Source of the DNA: Botryllus schlosseri
Taxonomy: Eukaryota
Assembly (NCBI GenBank): GCA_051294905.1
Contig: CM119378.1
Coordinates: 12,276,001-12,340,000 of the forward strand
DNA: 64,000 nt
Direction of reading: 5' to 3'
The position numbers were made by a program, and so were the translations under genes. Each line of letters starts with the position of its first letter. Position 1 is the first letter of the stretch. The notes beneath the pieces are model-generated. The model saw only the letters and a list, made by a program, of their open reading frames with translations. It made no database searches and was not told the origin of the DNA. Below, piece by piece: positions 12,501-23,691 of the stretch.

Positions 12501-15500
12501 GTAACGTGTTACAGATACAACAATGTTTAACATACAGTCGCACAGAAAACAGTCATGCTTTACTGTGATTAGATAAGAGTTTTGGTAGGCATGTGGTTTA
12601 TCTGTATGTATTACCTTCGCCTTTCTTGGTTTGTCGTGCATGCATGTAGCTTGTCCACTTTGTAGGAAAGACGTGATCGCGTCTCGAGAGCACAGACTCC
12701 ACGGCTGGTCGGTGTCTACGTGGTTCATCATTGAACTCATAATGTGCGTGTTGGGGTCGACGTGTGCAAACCTGCTGCGGCACAACTTATTGTCGTCGTG
12801 CATCATGCTCAAAACGTGCCCGATCTGAAACGCGTTTGTATTTATTTCTGTGTACACACGGTGTACGTGTTGACGCAATTACCTCGTGTGCAACTGTGTA
12901 TGCTGCGGAGAGCCCGTCATCTTCCACGATCGCACAGCTGTGTCTGTTGGAACACATAGCTCCGACATCGGCCATTCCTGAAGAAATATATGTGTTTTGT
13001 TACAGGCTGCATGCGGTTTTGATAAAGGGGACTATAGTTGCTAGTTAGTCATGAGTGACGGTACGCAGGTACTGATCTGACGTCATTTGCCGCGTATTAT
13101 GAGGTAATAATTAACAATATGATGGATCTGATCGCGATTTATTTTGACAATAGTCAACTGTTCCATTACAAAGTTGTAGGTAGGAAGATATGCTTCGGTA
13201 GATTTGCCAGTTCAAATGTTACAAATCATATAGTTTTAATTTCAAGTGAAACGCGCGTCACACACATTTGACAGATTGTCACGATAAGATGGTTAAGAAC
13301 TCAAGGACACTCCACATGCATCCACTCTCAAGTGCTGTCCATTGTGGAAGCACTGCTGCCTAAAACAATCCTGAGAATACACTGGCGCGGGTCACCTGTA
13401 TTCCATGGGTGGGCTGATGTTATTAGAGCTTGCAAACTCCCATGAAAATAGAAATTTATTAAATGACAACACCGGCATTCGTGGGTGAAGGGTGACGTTG
13501 CAGTAGAGAGCCAACGGACCAGATGGTGGGAGCCTGATGTTTATGTTTTGACGATGTGTCATACGATGCGGGGTAGCTAGTTTCTTTCGATTACAAGGTA
13601 GAAATGGACACCTTGTTGAACCTTCCCACCGAGGTGACTCGGTGCTACGATATTGCAAACCCGGCGAGGGCCACAATACGTCCTGTTTAATATTCCGCAT
13701 GACCTGTCAAAGGTGGGAAATGCTACAATTAGAAGTCAAAAGCGGATATCTCTTTTAAGCAACGTTTATCGCGATGCTAAAAATAAATCCGTCCTATCTT
13801 GCAGCAATAATTTTGTTCCGGTTATACACATCTTTGCACGGGATCAAATTTCGTGGATCTCTTTTTACGGAGCACCGCTAATCTTCTCTCAAAAGTAACA
13901 TGTGAAGCATTACGTTCAGCAACAAAAATAGCGAAATTTAAACAATGAACGGTCCTGCCGACCGCACACATATCCGGAGATATGACACGATAGTATAAAT
14001 AGAAAAACAATCGCTGTGTTATGAATTTCCGATTAAAAGTTAAATATCCCGGGGATATAATTTGAAGGCCATAGTATCTTCACGCATCTCACACATAAGC
14101 TAAACTGTGCGGGTCGATTCGTACTTGGATTATGCGTTAGCAAGGCCGGAGCATAAATTTTAAATTAACACCGCAGCCAGCGATATTGACCCAAGTGCGC
14201 GCGCATCAGTCACGCTTCTTAAGGTCGTGATATCGTTTCTGTAACGTGCATATTATCAAAAATTTGTACCTTTCACAATTCCGTTATCGCCCAGATATAT
14301 TACGATAAAATCGTACTTATTCTAAAATTCGTCTCGATTGTAATCGGATCGCGCAATATGTCAATTTAACGAGGGAGAAACAATGTTATCGCGCCCAAAA
14401 CTTCCTCTATGTCATTGTGAGATTGTCCGGCGCGGCTGTATAATCGCACGCGACATGCTGAAATAAGCGTCTGCGGAATGCGCCATTATTACCAGAACAA
14501 ATGCCGCGAAATTTGCTCCGATGAGTGGATATTAAACGGGGCACGGACGCGATTAAGAAAGCCACCTCGCGTTGATAAGGAAGGCGCGTTTCCATCTCGG
14601 TGACGCGATACACGAAGTCAAAATTTGTGACTTGAGCTTGCCCGAGATTGTCCCGCTGCCCGTGACTTACGATCTTAGCTATTTTCGGCGTGATCTCGCG
14701 CTCATTATCGCTGTTTTTGTTGCTATTTCGGGACGCTGTCCGCTGGGAGACGGGACGTTTTATCTCAAGAGAGCTACGATTCCGACACTTGCACAACAAG
14801 CACAAGCGTCACGCATCACACACAAGATCCCTCTCAGAAGCGGTGTATTATCAGGAACAAAAGGTTCGGTGTTTGGTCTACAAGAATGATATGATTGCAT
14901 GATATCCATAGAGAAATTGCCAAGTAATCCCCGAGACACTACGTCCTACCGCGACAGGGACACGTTCCTTCGCCGTGCCTATGTTTTTACGGAGGCGTGG
15001 CAGCTTATTATCATTCAACCACCCAACATATCAATAACACCAAACTTTGGCAGTCGATCTTGTCGATATTAGTGAGATGACTTCTTTCAGTTTAGAATCG
15101 ATCAAACTGCATAGGCGAGACGATGAGTCATAGGGGATAGTGCCAATGGCTGGTGCCTTTAACTACATAATCCGATCATATTTACACCGTGGAAAGTTTT
15201 CCGCGAAAGGCGCGCGGAAGAAGTATGAAAGGTCTATTGTTTCGGCGAGCGATGATACGTCAGGATAAGATATCTGTTCCTCTATATCACAGGTATGGTA
15301 AATACCTAAATAAATACGATTAACCGCTGCGGACGATGAGTCATTTTAGATCACGGAAAGAGGTCGCATGGTGGGACTGTAGAGGCGCGTTGCAACGAAA
15401 CTCTGGACGTGGCCGGCTGCATTTCGTTGCAAAATGCACATTGCACAACGCCAACACTCAGACAGTTATGGAATCCGGTTACGTAACCTCAATCATTTAG

Positions 15501-17278
15501 ATTCTATAGTACGTGAACACCTCGAGGCTGTGATAAAGGAAGTCAGTGCTTTGATATCAATCAGATACGCGATCGCTGCCAGGTCTGCCGGCGGCGGACG
15601 GGTTAATATCCTAGACCAAGTCTCAATTTTCTATGTTTTCAAGAAGTGGAAGTAGCAACAAATGAGAGACGCGGATCATGTCTAGGAAATAATGCGTACA
15701 AAACTAATCTCTCGTAATCTAGCTGGCGCCGGAATTGCAAATTGATCTAATCTGACAGTCACCTCGAGATTTAGATTTTGCCAACATTCTATCGATCTTT
15801 GTTCTCGCTTTCACGGTGCTGAATGCCAGTGTGTAATCAATTTCCACCGGTGCAATCAAAACAAACCGTTTTACTAGCACATCTAAGCGAGGAAGGGCAT
15901 ACGTCATCACGTCCCAGCTGATTCAGCGGTCACCCTGCGGCGTCGGGTCGTTGGCTGTTTCTTACCAATTCCCCAAACAGCCGCCGTTGCAATGTGACTC
16001 TGATGACTCGTGGGATTAAACTTGGCGCAACCGAGCGGGAATCTTACCGAGAGTGTCACAATCCGCCCCGCAGAGATCTCGTCTTGTTAACAGCACCGCG
16101 AGGTCGTAGTGATCGGGATCGTTGTCGTCCGGCGTGTTTTCGTGGCTTTGCCACTCGCAGAAGTCTCTCAGCGTTCTCTGAGCGTTGGAGGAAATGCGAA
16201 GGTCGTCGCCCGCTCTTTTGATCTAAACGACCGGCAGCGTATGAATCAACAAGCACTGGTACTGTTAATATTTGTTGCTCATCTTACCTTCACAACGCTG
16301 ATCTTGATGGCGTTGCCAAGGCTGGGGTGTGAAAACACGCGGTTCGCCACCATCATGATAGTGAGTATGTAGTGCTCCAAGTCCTCTCCGTGATGCTCGG
16401 CCATGCTTCTGTCCGCCACAACTAGAGTTTCGATGTAATGCTGCCTGGAATTGAAGGCACGTTTCGTTCTGGACAGCACGCTGTCTTGCGGGTGGCCTGT
16501 AGCTGCGACACCGCTGTTTACCACAGCTGGCGCGCGTTTTCTTCTCAACTGCAAATATTAAGATATTGTAAATATATTTCGATATACCGATTAGCACTGG
16601 TAAACACAAACTCACGAGTCTAGTCATTTGGTCGACGCCGCTCATTAAATTCATGCTGTACCGATGATGGTGTCTTTCCTCGATGACTCCGCACGATTTC
16701 GATTGAGCCGATCTGGCCTTGCGCTGCAGGCTTCTTTTTTGGATTACGTGCTTTACGCTTTCGCCGTTGCCTCTCGCGGTCGGCTCGATAAACAGCTCCT
16801 CGGCTCCCGTGTATATGGTACCGAGAAGACCACCGCAGATGCTCATGCTGACTTCAGACGCGGGCTGGCCTACTACTTTTCCCTTGTAGAAGCATCCGAG
16901 CACGGACTGCGTGTTTTGCGGGACGGCGGAGGCGTTTGAGAAGGAGACAGTCGTGGTGAACGCCGGGGCGATCAAATCGTCGTCTTGCGTCAATTCGATA
17001 ATGGTCTCTTTCCCGAAAGCAACGATCCTGTACCTCGGGTTATTGAATTCGGCGTCCAATAATTCTCTAGATATGTCACCGGCTTTCGTTCTGTAATGAA
17101 TCTTCCCGGAATGCTTCGAATTATCGCCCTGTATCCTGTCAGGGGTGGTGACTTCAGTGTCGGTCATGGCGTTGCTTGGGTGCGAGCGCAGGTCTACCTT
17201 TTTGTAGGTTGAGTGTGACGAAACCAGCGCCACGTTCACGGATAAAATTGCGACAACGATTTTTTGAAGTGTATTCAT
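6188..17278 (-). CDS. ADAMTS1-like: ADAMTS metalloprotease, ADAMTS1/4/5/8/15 (aggrecanase/proteoglycanase)-type; 13 coding exons, 1014 aa. Exons: 17278-16616, 16548-16288, 16222-16048, 12977-12883, 12824-12615, 11776-11643, 11579-11424, 11217-10888, 10822-10683, 8849-8649, 8357-8188, 8121-7964, 6539-6188
   Basis: Exon lengths 663+261+175+95+210+134+156+330+140+201+170+158+352 = 3045 nt, with an open frame throughout. All 12 introns are GT-AG and phases match. Motifs: signal peptide, CGV cysteine switch, RTKR furin site, [21 protein letters not shown] zinc motif, Met-turn, [20 protein letters not shown], Cys-rich and spacer modules, two C-terminal TSRs. The family call is secure; exact orthology needs a phylogeny. 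Confidence 0.95.
7964..8121 (-). CDS. ADAMTS1-like: ADAMTS exon 12: second TSR, first part (absent from the ORF track)
   Basis: Acceptor CTTTTAACAG|AAC; [53 protein letters not shown]; donor GG|GTAAGC, phase 2. Confidence 0.92.
8188..8357 (-). CDS. ADAMTS1-like: ADAMTS exon 11: spacer domain end
   Basis: Acceptor TTCGCAG|AC; [33 protein letters not shown]...[15 protein letters not shown]; donor AAG|GTAAGT. A second in-frame donor lies 9 nt upstream (exon end 8197). Confidence 0.92.
8649..8849 (-). CDS. ADAMTS1-like: ADAMTS exon 10: spacer domain, first part
   Basis: Acceptor ATTTCAG|GC; [25 protein letters not shown]...[22 protein letters not shown]; donor G|GTGAGA. Confidence 0.95.
10683..10822 (-). 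CDS. ADAMTS1-like: ADAMTS exon 9: Cys-rich domain end
   Basis: Acceptor CACGACAG|G; [47 protein letters not shown]; donor G|GTAACC. Confidence 0.95.
10888..11217 (-). CDS. ADAMTS1-like: ADAMTS exon 8: TSR1 and Cys-rich domain
   Basis: Acceptor TCTTCAG|A; [27 protein letters not shown]...[11 protein letters not shown]...DRCKLTC...VIDGT; donor AG|GTAAGA. Confidence 0.96.
11424..11579 (-). CDS. ADAMTS1-like: ADAMTS exon 7: disintegrin-like domain end and start of TSR1 (absent from the ORF track)
   Basis: Acceptor ATTCAG|G; [28 protein letters not shown]...[15 protein letters not shown]; donor AG|GTACGC. Confidence 0.95.
11643..11776 (-). CDS. ADAMTS1-like: ADAMTS exon 6: disintegrin-like domain, first part
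   Basis: Acceptor TTTCAG|GCT; [39 protein letters not shown]; donor TC|GTGAGT, phase 2. Confidence 0.95.
12615..12824 (-). CDS. ADAMTS1-like: ADAMTS exon 5: rest of zinc motif, Met-turn, end of catalytic domain
   Basis: Acceptor GTTTCAG|ATC; [15 protein letters not shown]...HIMSS...[30 protein letters not shown]; donor AAG|GTAATA. Confidence 0.96.
12883..12977 (-). CDS. ADAMTS1-like: ADAMTS exon 4: catalytic domain up to the HE of the zinc motif
   Basis: Acceptor TTCTTCAG|GA; [32 protein letters not shown]; donor GAG|GTAATT, phase 0. Confidence 0.96.
16048..16222 (-). CDS. ADAMTS1-like: ADAMTS exon 3: catalytic domain (absent from the ORF track)
   Basis: Acceptor CGTTTAG|ATC; [59 protein letters not shown]; donor G|GTAAGA, phase 1. 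Confidence 0.96.
16288..16548 (-). CDS. ADAMTS1-like: ADAMTS exon 2: furin sites and start of catalytic domain
   Basis: Acceptor TTTGCAG|TTG; LRRKR...[39 protein letters not shown]...[14 protein letters not shown]; donor AAG|GTAAGA. Confidence 0.96.
16616..17278 (-). CDS. ADAMTS1-like: ADAMTS exon 1: signal peptide and prodomain
   Basis: [21 protein letters not shown] hydrophobic N-terminus; prodomain motifs [28 protein letters not shown]. Donor CTC|GTGAGT at 16615, phase 0. Confidence 0.93.
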
Positions 17279-20200
17279 CTTTAGGGTGTCTTTTTGCGAA
17301 ATAAATATAATAAATATGAAGTGCTTTATTGCGTCTGTCGAAACGTTTCTCGTGTAGATCTCCCTTTCAACGCGTTGCTCATTTCAGAAAGGAGAGTGTA
17401 CTGGCTGATGCAGATTTTAAAGATACGCTAATAAATAATCAAACTGAAAAAGTATGACGAATTGGAAGAATTTAGTCTAGTTCCCTGAATGAGATCTGAG
17501 GGCGACGCCAAAATAAGCAAGCCTCTTCCGAAAAGATAAACATTAACCAGCAAGGTAAAGCAATAGAGTCTTTCTCTCTTCATGGAGAGGTACTTAACAA
17601 CTTCAAGTCAACGCCTGGTAATTGTAGCCTTGCTAAGAAAAACTAACATCAAAAGGAAATAATCCTTGTCCTATAAGAAGTTTATCTTTCGCATTTTCGA
17701 GTGCGACCTTTGGCGACCGACTTTGCTGGCGGTACGGCTACTCCTGCGAATCATCTCTAGCCATTGATGACAGTTTTTATCTATATTTCCTTTGCGATGT
17801 GTACCTGTCTAATCCGGATGTTACATATCACCATTAGCCTATGGCGTTTAAGGATTACATGCAGGTTTAATCTCAAAGTCATTTATTTACAGTCGCAGCC
17901 ACGCAGGCAATCGATCCAGATACGAAATCCATTTATCAACTTGATCGCGAGCGTATACTTTTTTTACACCCGGCCGGTTTTGGAGTCGCAACTCAATAAT
18001 AGCCTATGATGGATTTATTTTGGCTTCGCATTGTCCAGGCTGACGTTGAGCGTCAGTTCGGGATCTTCAAAGCAGCCCCGTAGACCTAACAATGAATTCA
18101 ACAAAGCTGACTCAAACACAGTTGTCGACCATACGCCGAAAGTAACACATGGAGTAGAAGTCAATCCATTGATGATGACAATTCTTTCCCATAGCCGTGT
18201 CGGACGTCGGTTCTGTCAAACGGTGACGCGATACGCTAAATCATGTTATGCAATCAAATACTTTTACATCACGTACTGCGTAAAACAATCCCACTTGTAG
18301 ATTATTATATCCAGGATGGTAGTTGTAACCTGGCCCGTTTAATTGCGCCGCATTGAAAGGGGTGATATAAAAATAAGCTATGTTCAGAAATTAAATTGTT
18401 ATTGATACTCGCATGTACCAATATACGAGAAACTGATAGCCTGTGTAGTACATTGGCACACAGTACGCTAGTGTCAAAGCTTGATCCTCGATTACAATGC
18501 GCTATGTCCGGACGCAGCAACCAGTGCTATCGGATTTCAAAGCCCCTTCTTGCCGCAGAGCTACTGGCAACGACTCGGCTCATAAAGTTTCTTCTACCGC
18601 ATCACACTCGAATTACTACAATACAATATCGACCAATTAAAGAAATATTGAACTATTGACGAATCGAAGAGATGCATCGTACATTTAAATTCGTACGCCG
18701 GGACATGTGGTTTTATTATTATTGCCGGAAATGCCATTTTCGAATGAAACTACACCATTCGAGAATTTGTACAAATATATAAAATATGTAATTAAATCTC
18801 TCGAAATGTATCGCGTTACAACTTAAAATCGAATTATATTTGAACCGAACACGATGCTGGGCATCATTTGTTATATCTCAAATCACATCACGACATCATT
18901 TACCTATGTTGATCTTTAATATCCGGTGTTGCATTATTCTCGCGGACGGCATGTATACCCGATAATGTCCCATAGTATTTCGCTCGCGGGTAATACGCAA
19001 TGCTTTATTCCTATGTGATTGTTTTGCCTTAAACAGAACGATCTTCCGGATAGAAGCTGCCGAATTATACTGCCTGCATTGCCTTGATGATATATTTATC
19101 AAATCCCGTTGAGTATGTTATGGCTGAACGACAGAATAGAATTGGATGATGAAATGTCAGTCGTGAGACTTACGATGGTAGAAGGTGGGTACGTAGCTTG
19201 CAACTCGAATAGTCATCGTAGAGCTATTTCGTATTTTAGGTGATGATAAAATGCATCGGGCGCGCGCTAGCGACCTCGTTCCGTAGCTATCAATCTATTA
19301 CCTCGGAATTAAAATATCATTAACTTGAAGGAGTAGTGTCACTTCACTTCAAAACGCGATTATGACCTAGCTCATGCGCGCCGCACATTGCCTGCAACTG
19401 TTCTGCGGAGCTATCGCTGACGCGTGGGACGCAGATGCAGTATATCCTTAGAGTTGCCTTTTCAACCCGTAGCAACTAGGTTAACATCAAAGCCATAGAA
19501 GTCGAGCGTCAACGATCCATGAGTACGTTGTTCAATACCATGCAAGTTTTTCGTCCTTCCTAACAAACCTTGCACTCAAGTGGTGTTTAATGAGTATTCT
19601 CAAGCTACGCCACACCTTTCTTGAGGTGATTGGGTAAACTATCGTACAGAAGAAAGGAACTTTGAACAACACTTTCATCTACCGGTCTAGGCCTGATTTA
19701 CGGCAAGGTTGACTTGCCATGATTGTATTCACAAGTGCACGACTCGACACTCAATAGGCTTTACCTGTCCCCAACCGGACAACGTGGATTGGGTTACTAA
19801 CTGCGAGTTGACCATACCGGTATTTAATACCGACCCGAGTCAATATTTGCTCAAGGCTAGTAGGTGAACTCTCTGACATTGCTATTCGCTATAACCGCCG
19901 GTAACGCTTGGCATCCACCGTTGAAATTACATGACCGACAACTTTAACTCCATCACAGTATCATAAACGCTGAGACAATAAAGCCTGTTGCTGTACGCAG
20001 TAGTAAATATGCACATCGTCCACGGCTGTCAGTCCGATATATTCCTGGCATAGGTAGTATTCCCGATATCCACTCATGTTACTATGTTATGCAGCCCGTG
20101 TGTATCCATCTCCAGACGAGAGACTACGGCCGACGGACGCCGGCATACTATATGAGAGAGCTTGTGTGCGTTTGCCCTTTTTATACTCCTTTATCCTTCT

Positions 20201-21395
20201 CTCTTTTACAATGCCACAAGCTCTGGCTCGGTTATCGCCCAGGTTCCCACCGTCTGCAGTTTGATCTATAGTACCAGCGTGGATGGGATTACCTCGGAAC
20301 GATCATCTATCCAAATTGATAGCAGACACTGACGCACATATGCGATCCCCTGCACACTCTGCAAAATCACACTTGCAAACCAAATCAATAGGAAATGCGA
20401 GAAGATATTGCATCTACTGCGACGACAATGATTCGATTTTACGCCGAATACAAGATCCCCCAAATGTGCTGCAACACGAATCATAGAGGTTGCAAAAACT
20501 TTGTGTCGGCATCCGTCAGTTACGTCCTAGGAGCCAGTCACTAGTCGATCTAAATCGCCACAATGGGAATACGGAAGTTACTTTCACTTTTCTCGTATTG
20601 TTTTGCGATACTCGGTGCTTGCGAGAATTTTTTATCGCTGGAGGGCGCCTCTACTCCTGTAATGGTATGGGCATGAAAAGAAAGTTAGTTTCAGCTTCGG
20701 AACTGTCGAGGATTGTGTCGCTTCCTTTACCCAGATTCAAATCATGGTTTACTTACATATATGCGTATATGTATAATATATGCGTAGGACAGGCACACCT
20801 TGAAATCAACAGTTCATTTACATAGAAGATTGTCAATTACGTCGCCGTCTTGGTCTCTGTCCACTGTTATATTAGACGGTGGGCGTGTACCGTTGTCACT
20901 CTTGCATCAAATCTATCACTATAACATGCTCGTGATTTGAACATGCATCAGTACAGAGCAATTTCCATCCAAAGACTGTTGATACATAGAAATCAAAATC
21001 ATCGGATAAGTCATTACTAGGGCAAGTTTCTGTTGCAGTCAAATACGTGGAAAGTTGGATTTATTTTTCACAAAAGTTGCAGTAAAAGTTGCATTTCTTT
21101 TTCACAGAAGTTGCACTAAAAATTTGTATTTATGGATAGGTCCCTTGAAACTAATAAGGTATGAGATACTCAATTCGATCCGTATCCAGGGCACTGTACC
21201 AAAACCAGGTGTTGGCGACTTCAACAAAATGAAAAGCCTGAAAATATTGACCCAGTGAAAATATAATTTTCGGTGATCTAGCCTGAATGTACAATTGTAC
21301 ATCAAATCAGAAAGGACGTCAAATTTAAGCGACAGTGAAATAATCATGCGATCTATTTACATATAGTGCCAAATATTTCCAGTAAAAAGTTAGTT

Positions 21396-21525
21396 GCATG
21401 AAAAATCGAAATAACTTGCAAAAATTTGCATGAAAAATCAAAAAAGCTGAAAAATGTTTCATGAAAAATCAAAAACGTTACAAAATGCTGCATGAAAAAA
21501 TAGAGAAAAGTTGAAAAAAGTTGCT
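21396..21525 (+). repeat. Degenerate ~31-bp minisatellite (GCATGAAAAAT... units)
   Basis: Unit starts at 21396, 21428, 21459, 21490 (periods 32, 31, 31); rich in A-tracts. Confidence 0.7.
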
Positions 21526-22706
21526 ACATAAGAATCCTCCAAACAACTTAAAACACCATACCACATGATTTCTGAGTATTTAGGAAGCTGCCAGAAGTTG
21601 GTTTTGGGTCTGAAAACGAGAGGATGCTATAAACACGTTAGATGTAACTCGCACTAACATGCTATATACCGAAACAGAAGATTTACAAACAATATTAAAA
21701 CGTTAGTGCTAGCGATGTGACCTAGCTGACTTATGACACCGAGTCCACGAAAAACCTTTACAATTTACTGCAAAGGTCATTGGGATTACGAGTTTCCTTG
21801 AGCGCAACTTGTCAACATGTCATTAGCAGAAAATAGATTACACCTTTTCCGATTAATGTGCCCGTCCGATTCGTGGGAAACAAAAGCTAAAAGTACCAAT
21901 TGTCAGTGCCGTTTTTCACGTGTAAATTATAATTACACCTCAGTTATAGATGGTGTAATTTATTCGTTGGAACATGTAACAATTCATAAATAGGTAGAGA
22001 AAGCATGACAGAGCAGGTTCCATCGAAACAAACTCGTAACTGTAAGCTGATTTCAGGTTAACTTGTACGTAAAATAGGAAATTAATATTTGGCACTGCCG
22101 TGACTTTGCGTGATCGTTACGACCGTTACAATATACAAGCCAATAATGCAAAATAACGCACTCTATAAGTTTTGCATTGGCGATTTTAACATCATGTCGA
22201 TATGGTTAATTTATTCCGATAATCATACGTGTACAAACTCACCGAATCATGTAATACATCAGTTTTCATGTAATAATTGTGAGCTTCGTAATTATGGTCG
22301 TGTTCGCTGATGAATTTTCCAATTACGTAAGACCTATACCAAAAAATTGTAAGTCATTGGCACGGCTGATTTGGGTTGTTGATGAAACCTATTAGGAATC
22401 TTCGTGGCCTCCGTATATGATAACACGGCGAGGGAAAACATTGAATTCTGCCTCAATGCACATGTAAAATTGTTAGGAATGAAATTTAGATGTAAATATC
22501 TAGTTTCATGATACAATGAATTCTACTGTCCCATTTGATTGAATTAAATAGCAATAAGTTATAGTCCTCCAAATGCAGAGGTCTTAGGCTAGAGCTAGAC
22601 CTTCACCCTACAGCTACCCATTCATTAGAGGCCCACGAGAAAACAATCGAAAGGGTATAATGTGCATATGCACAGTGCGTATTTTCTACATGAGCTAGGC
22701 CAACCC

Positions 22707-23691
22707 AAGCGATGGTGTGAACCTCTGAAAGGTTCAGGTTCGTGTGAACGCGAACCTTTTTGGAAGGTTCTGTGTGAACGCGAACGTGAACCTCATGACG
22801 TCACGTGACGTCATATTGCTTATTCCAACCCTACACTTCAGTGAAGTGATATATATTAATGTAGGCCTACACGATGCCTAGCCACGACTCGGGCCACATA
22901 ATAGCCACAATGCTAAAGCACATACTGACTTTTCAAACGTCGCCAAATGTATCAACTGAAACAGTGAAATGATATATTAATTCCATAAAATCAATATCTT
23001 CCGTCGCATTGCCGACAATTTCGACGAGGACTTGCAAGGTAGTATAGGCCTTAACGGTTTATAGGCCAGACCGGACAATGTATTCGGCGTCTGAGTGTTG
23101 TAACGTTGATATTGAGCAGAGTGTAAAACGGGTTTACCCTAGTAACAAGTTATACAGCAGTAGCCAACACCCCAGTCGTACGGATTTGGTTTTTATGATA
23201 AAACAAACATATGAAATCGAGATGGACCCTGTGCGCTTGCTAGATTTTTGTTACATCAGACAACGCTATATCAATTTCATTGATTGGTTGAAAAGCATCA
23301 TTCTCTGACTACCTACAAGTAGCGGTTTTCGATCTTGATGTTGTGGGATTGCGGGTCAAATTCACAGTAGAGAGTCACGAAATATTCACAAACAGAAAGC
23401 TGGATATTTCGAGCAAACTTTTGTAACAAAGCAGGGAAATTTTTTGAGATTGTCAAGGTGCGCGCTCGTTTATTGTTGATTTTTTATGCTGCCAGCGCCA
23501 TACTTAGAGTGACCCGCAGTAGAAATGCAATAAATTTCAACCAAAGTTGTTGTAATGATGTGAAAATTATAATATATGAAAAAGGTTCACAGTGCAGAAC
23601 CTACCAAGGTTCGTTTGCGAACGTGAACCTCTAAATTTCCGAGGTTCACACAAAGAACGCGAACGTGAACCTCACGTTCACACCATCCCTA
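22707..23691. mobile_element. ~985-bp hAT (Ac-like terminus) non-autonomous element
   Basis: The right end GTTCACACCATCCCTA is the reverse complement of TAGGGATGGTGTGAAC; the left end AAGCGATGGTGTGAAC is degenerate. GAACGCGAAC/GAACGTGAAC subterminal repeats cluster at both ends. Flanks caacccaa and cgacccac match 6/8. Confidence 0.75.

Noticed and set aside
16265-17278. 337-aa ORF as a stand-alone protein
   Set aside because: After residue 221 it reads through the 67-nt intron 1 into the wrong frame of exon 2. Splicing restores the ADAMTS catalytic domain.
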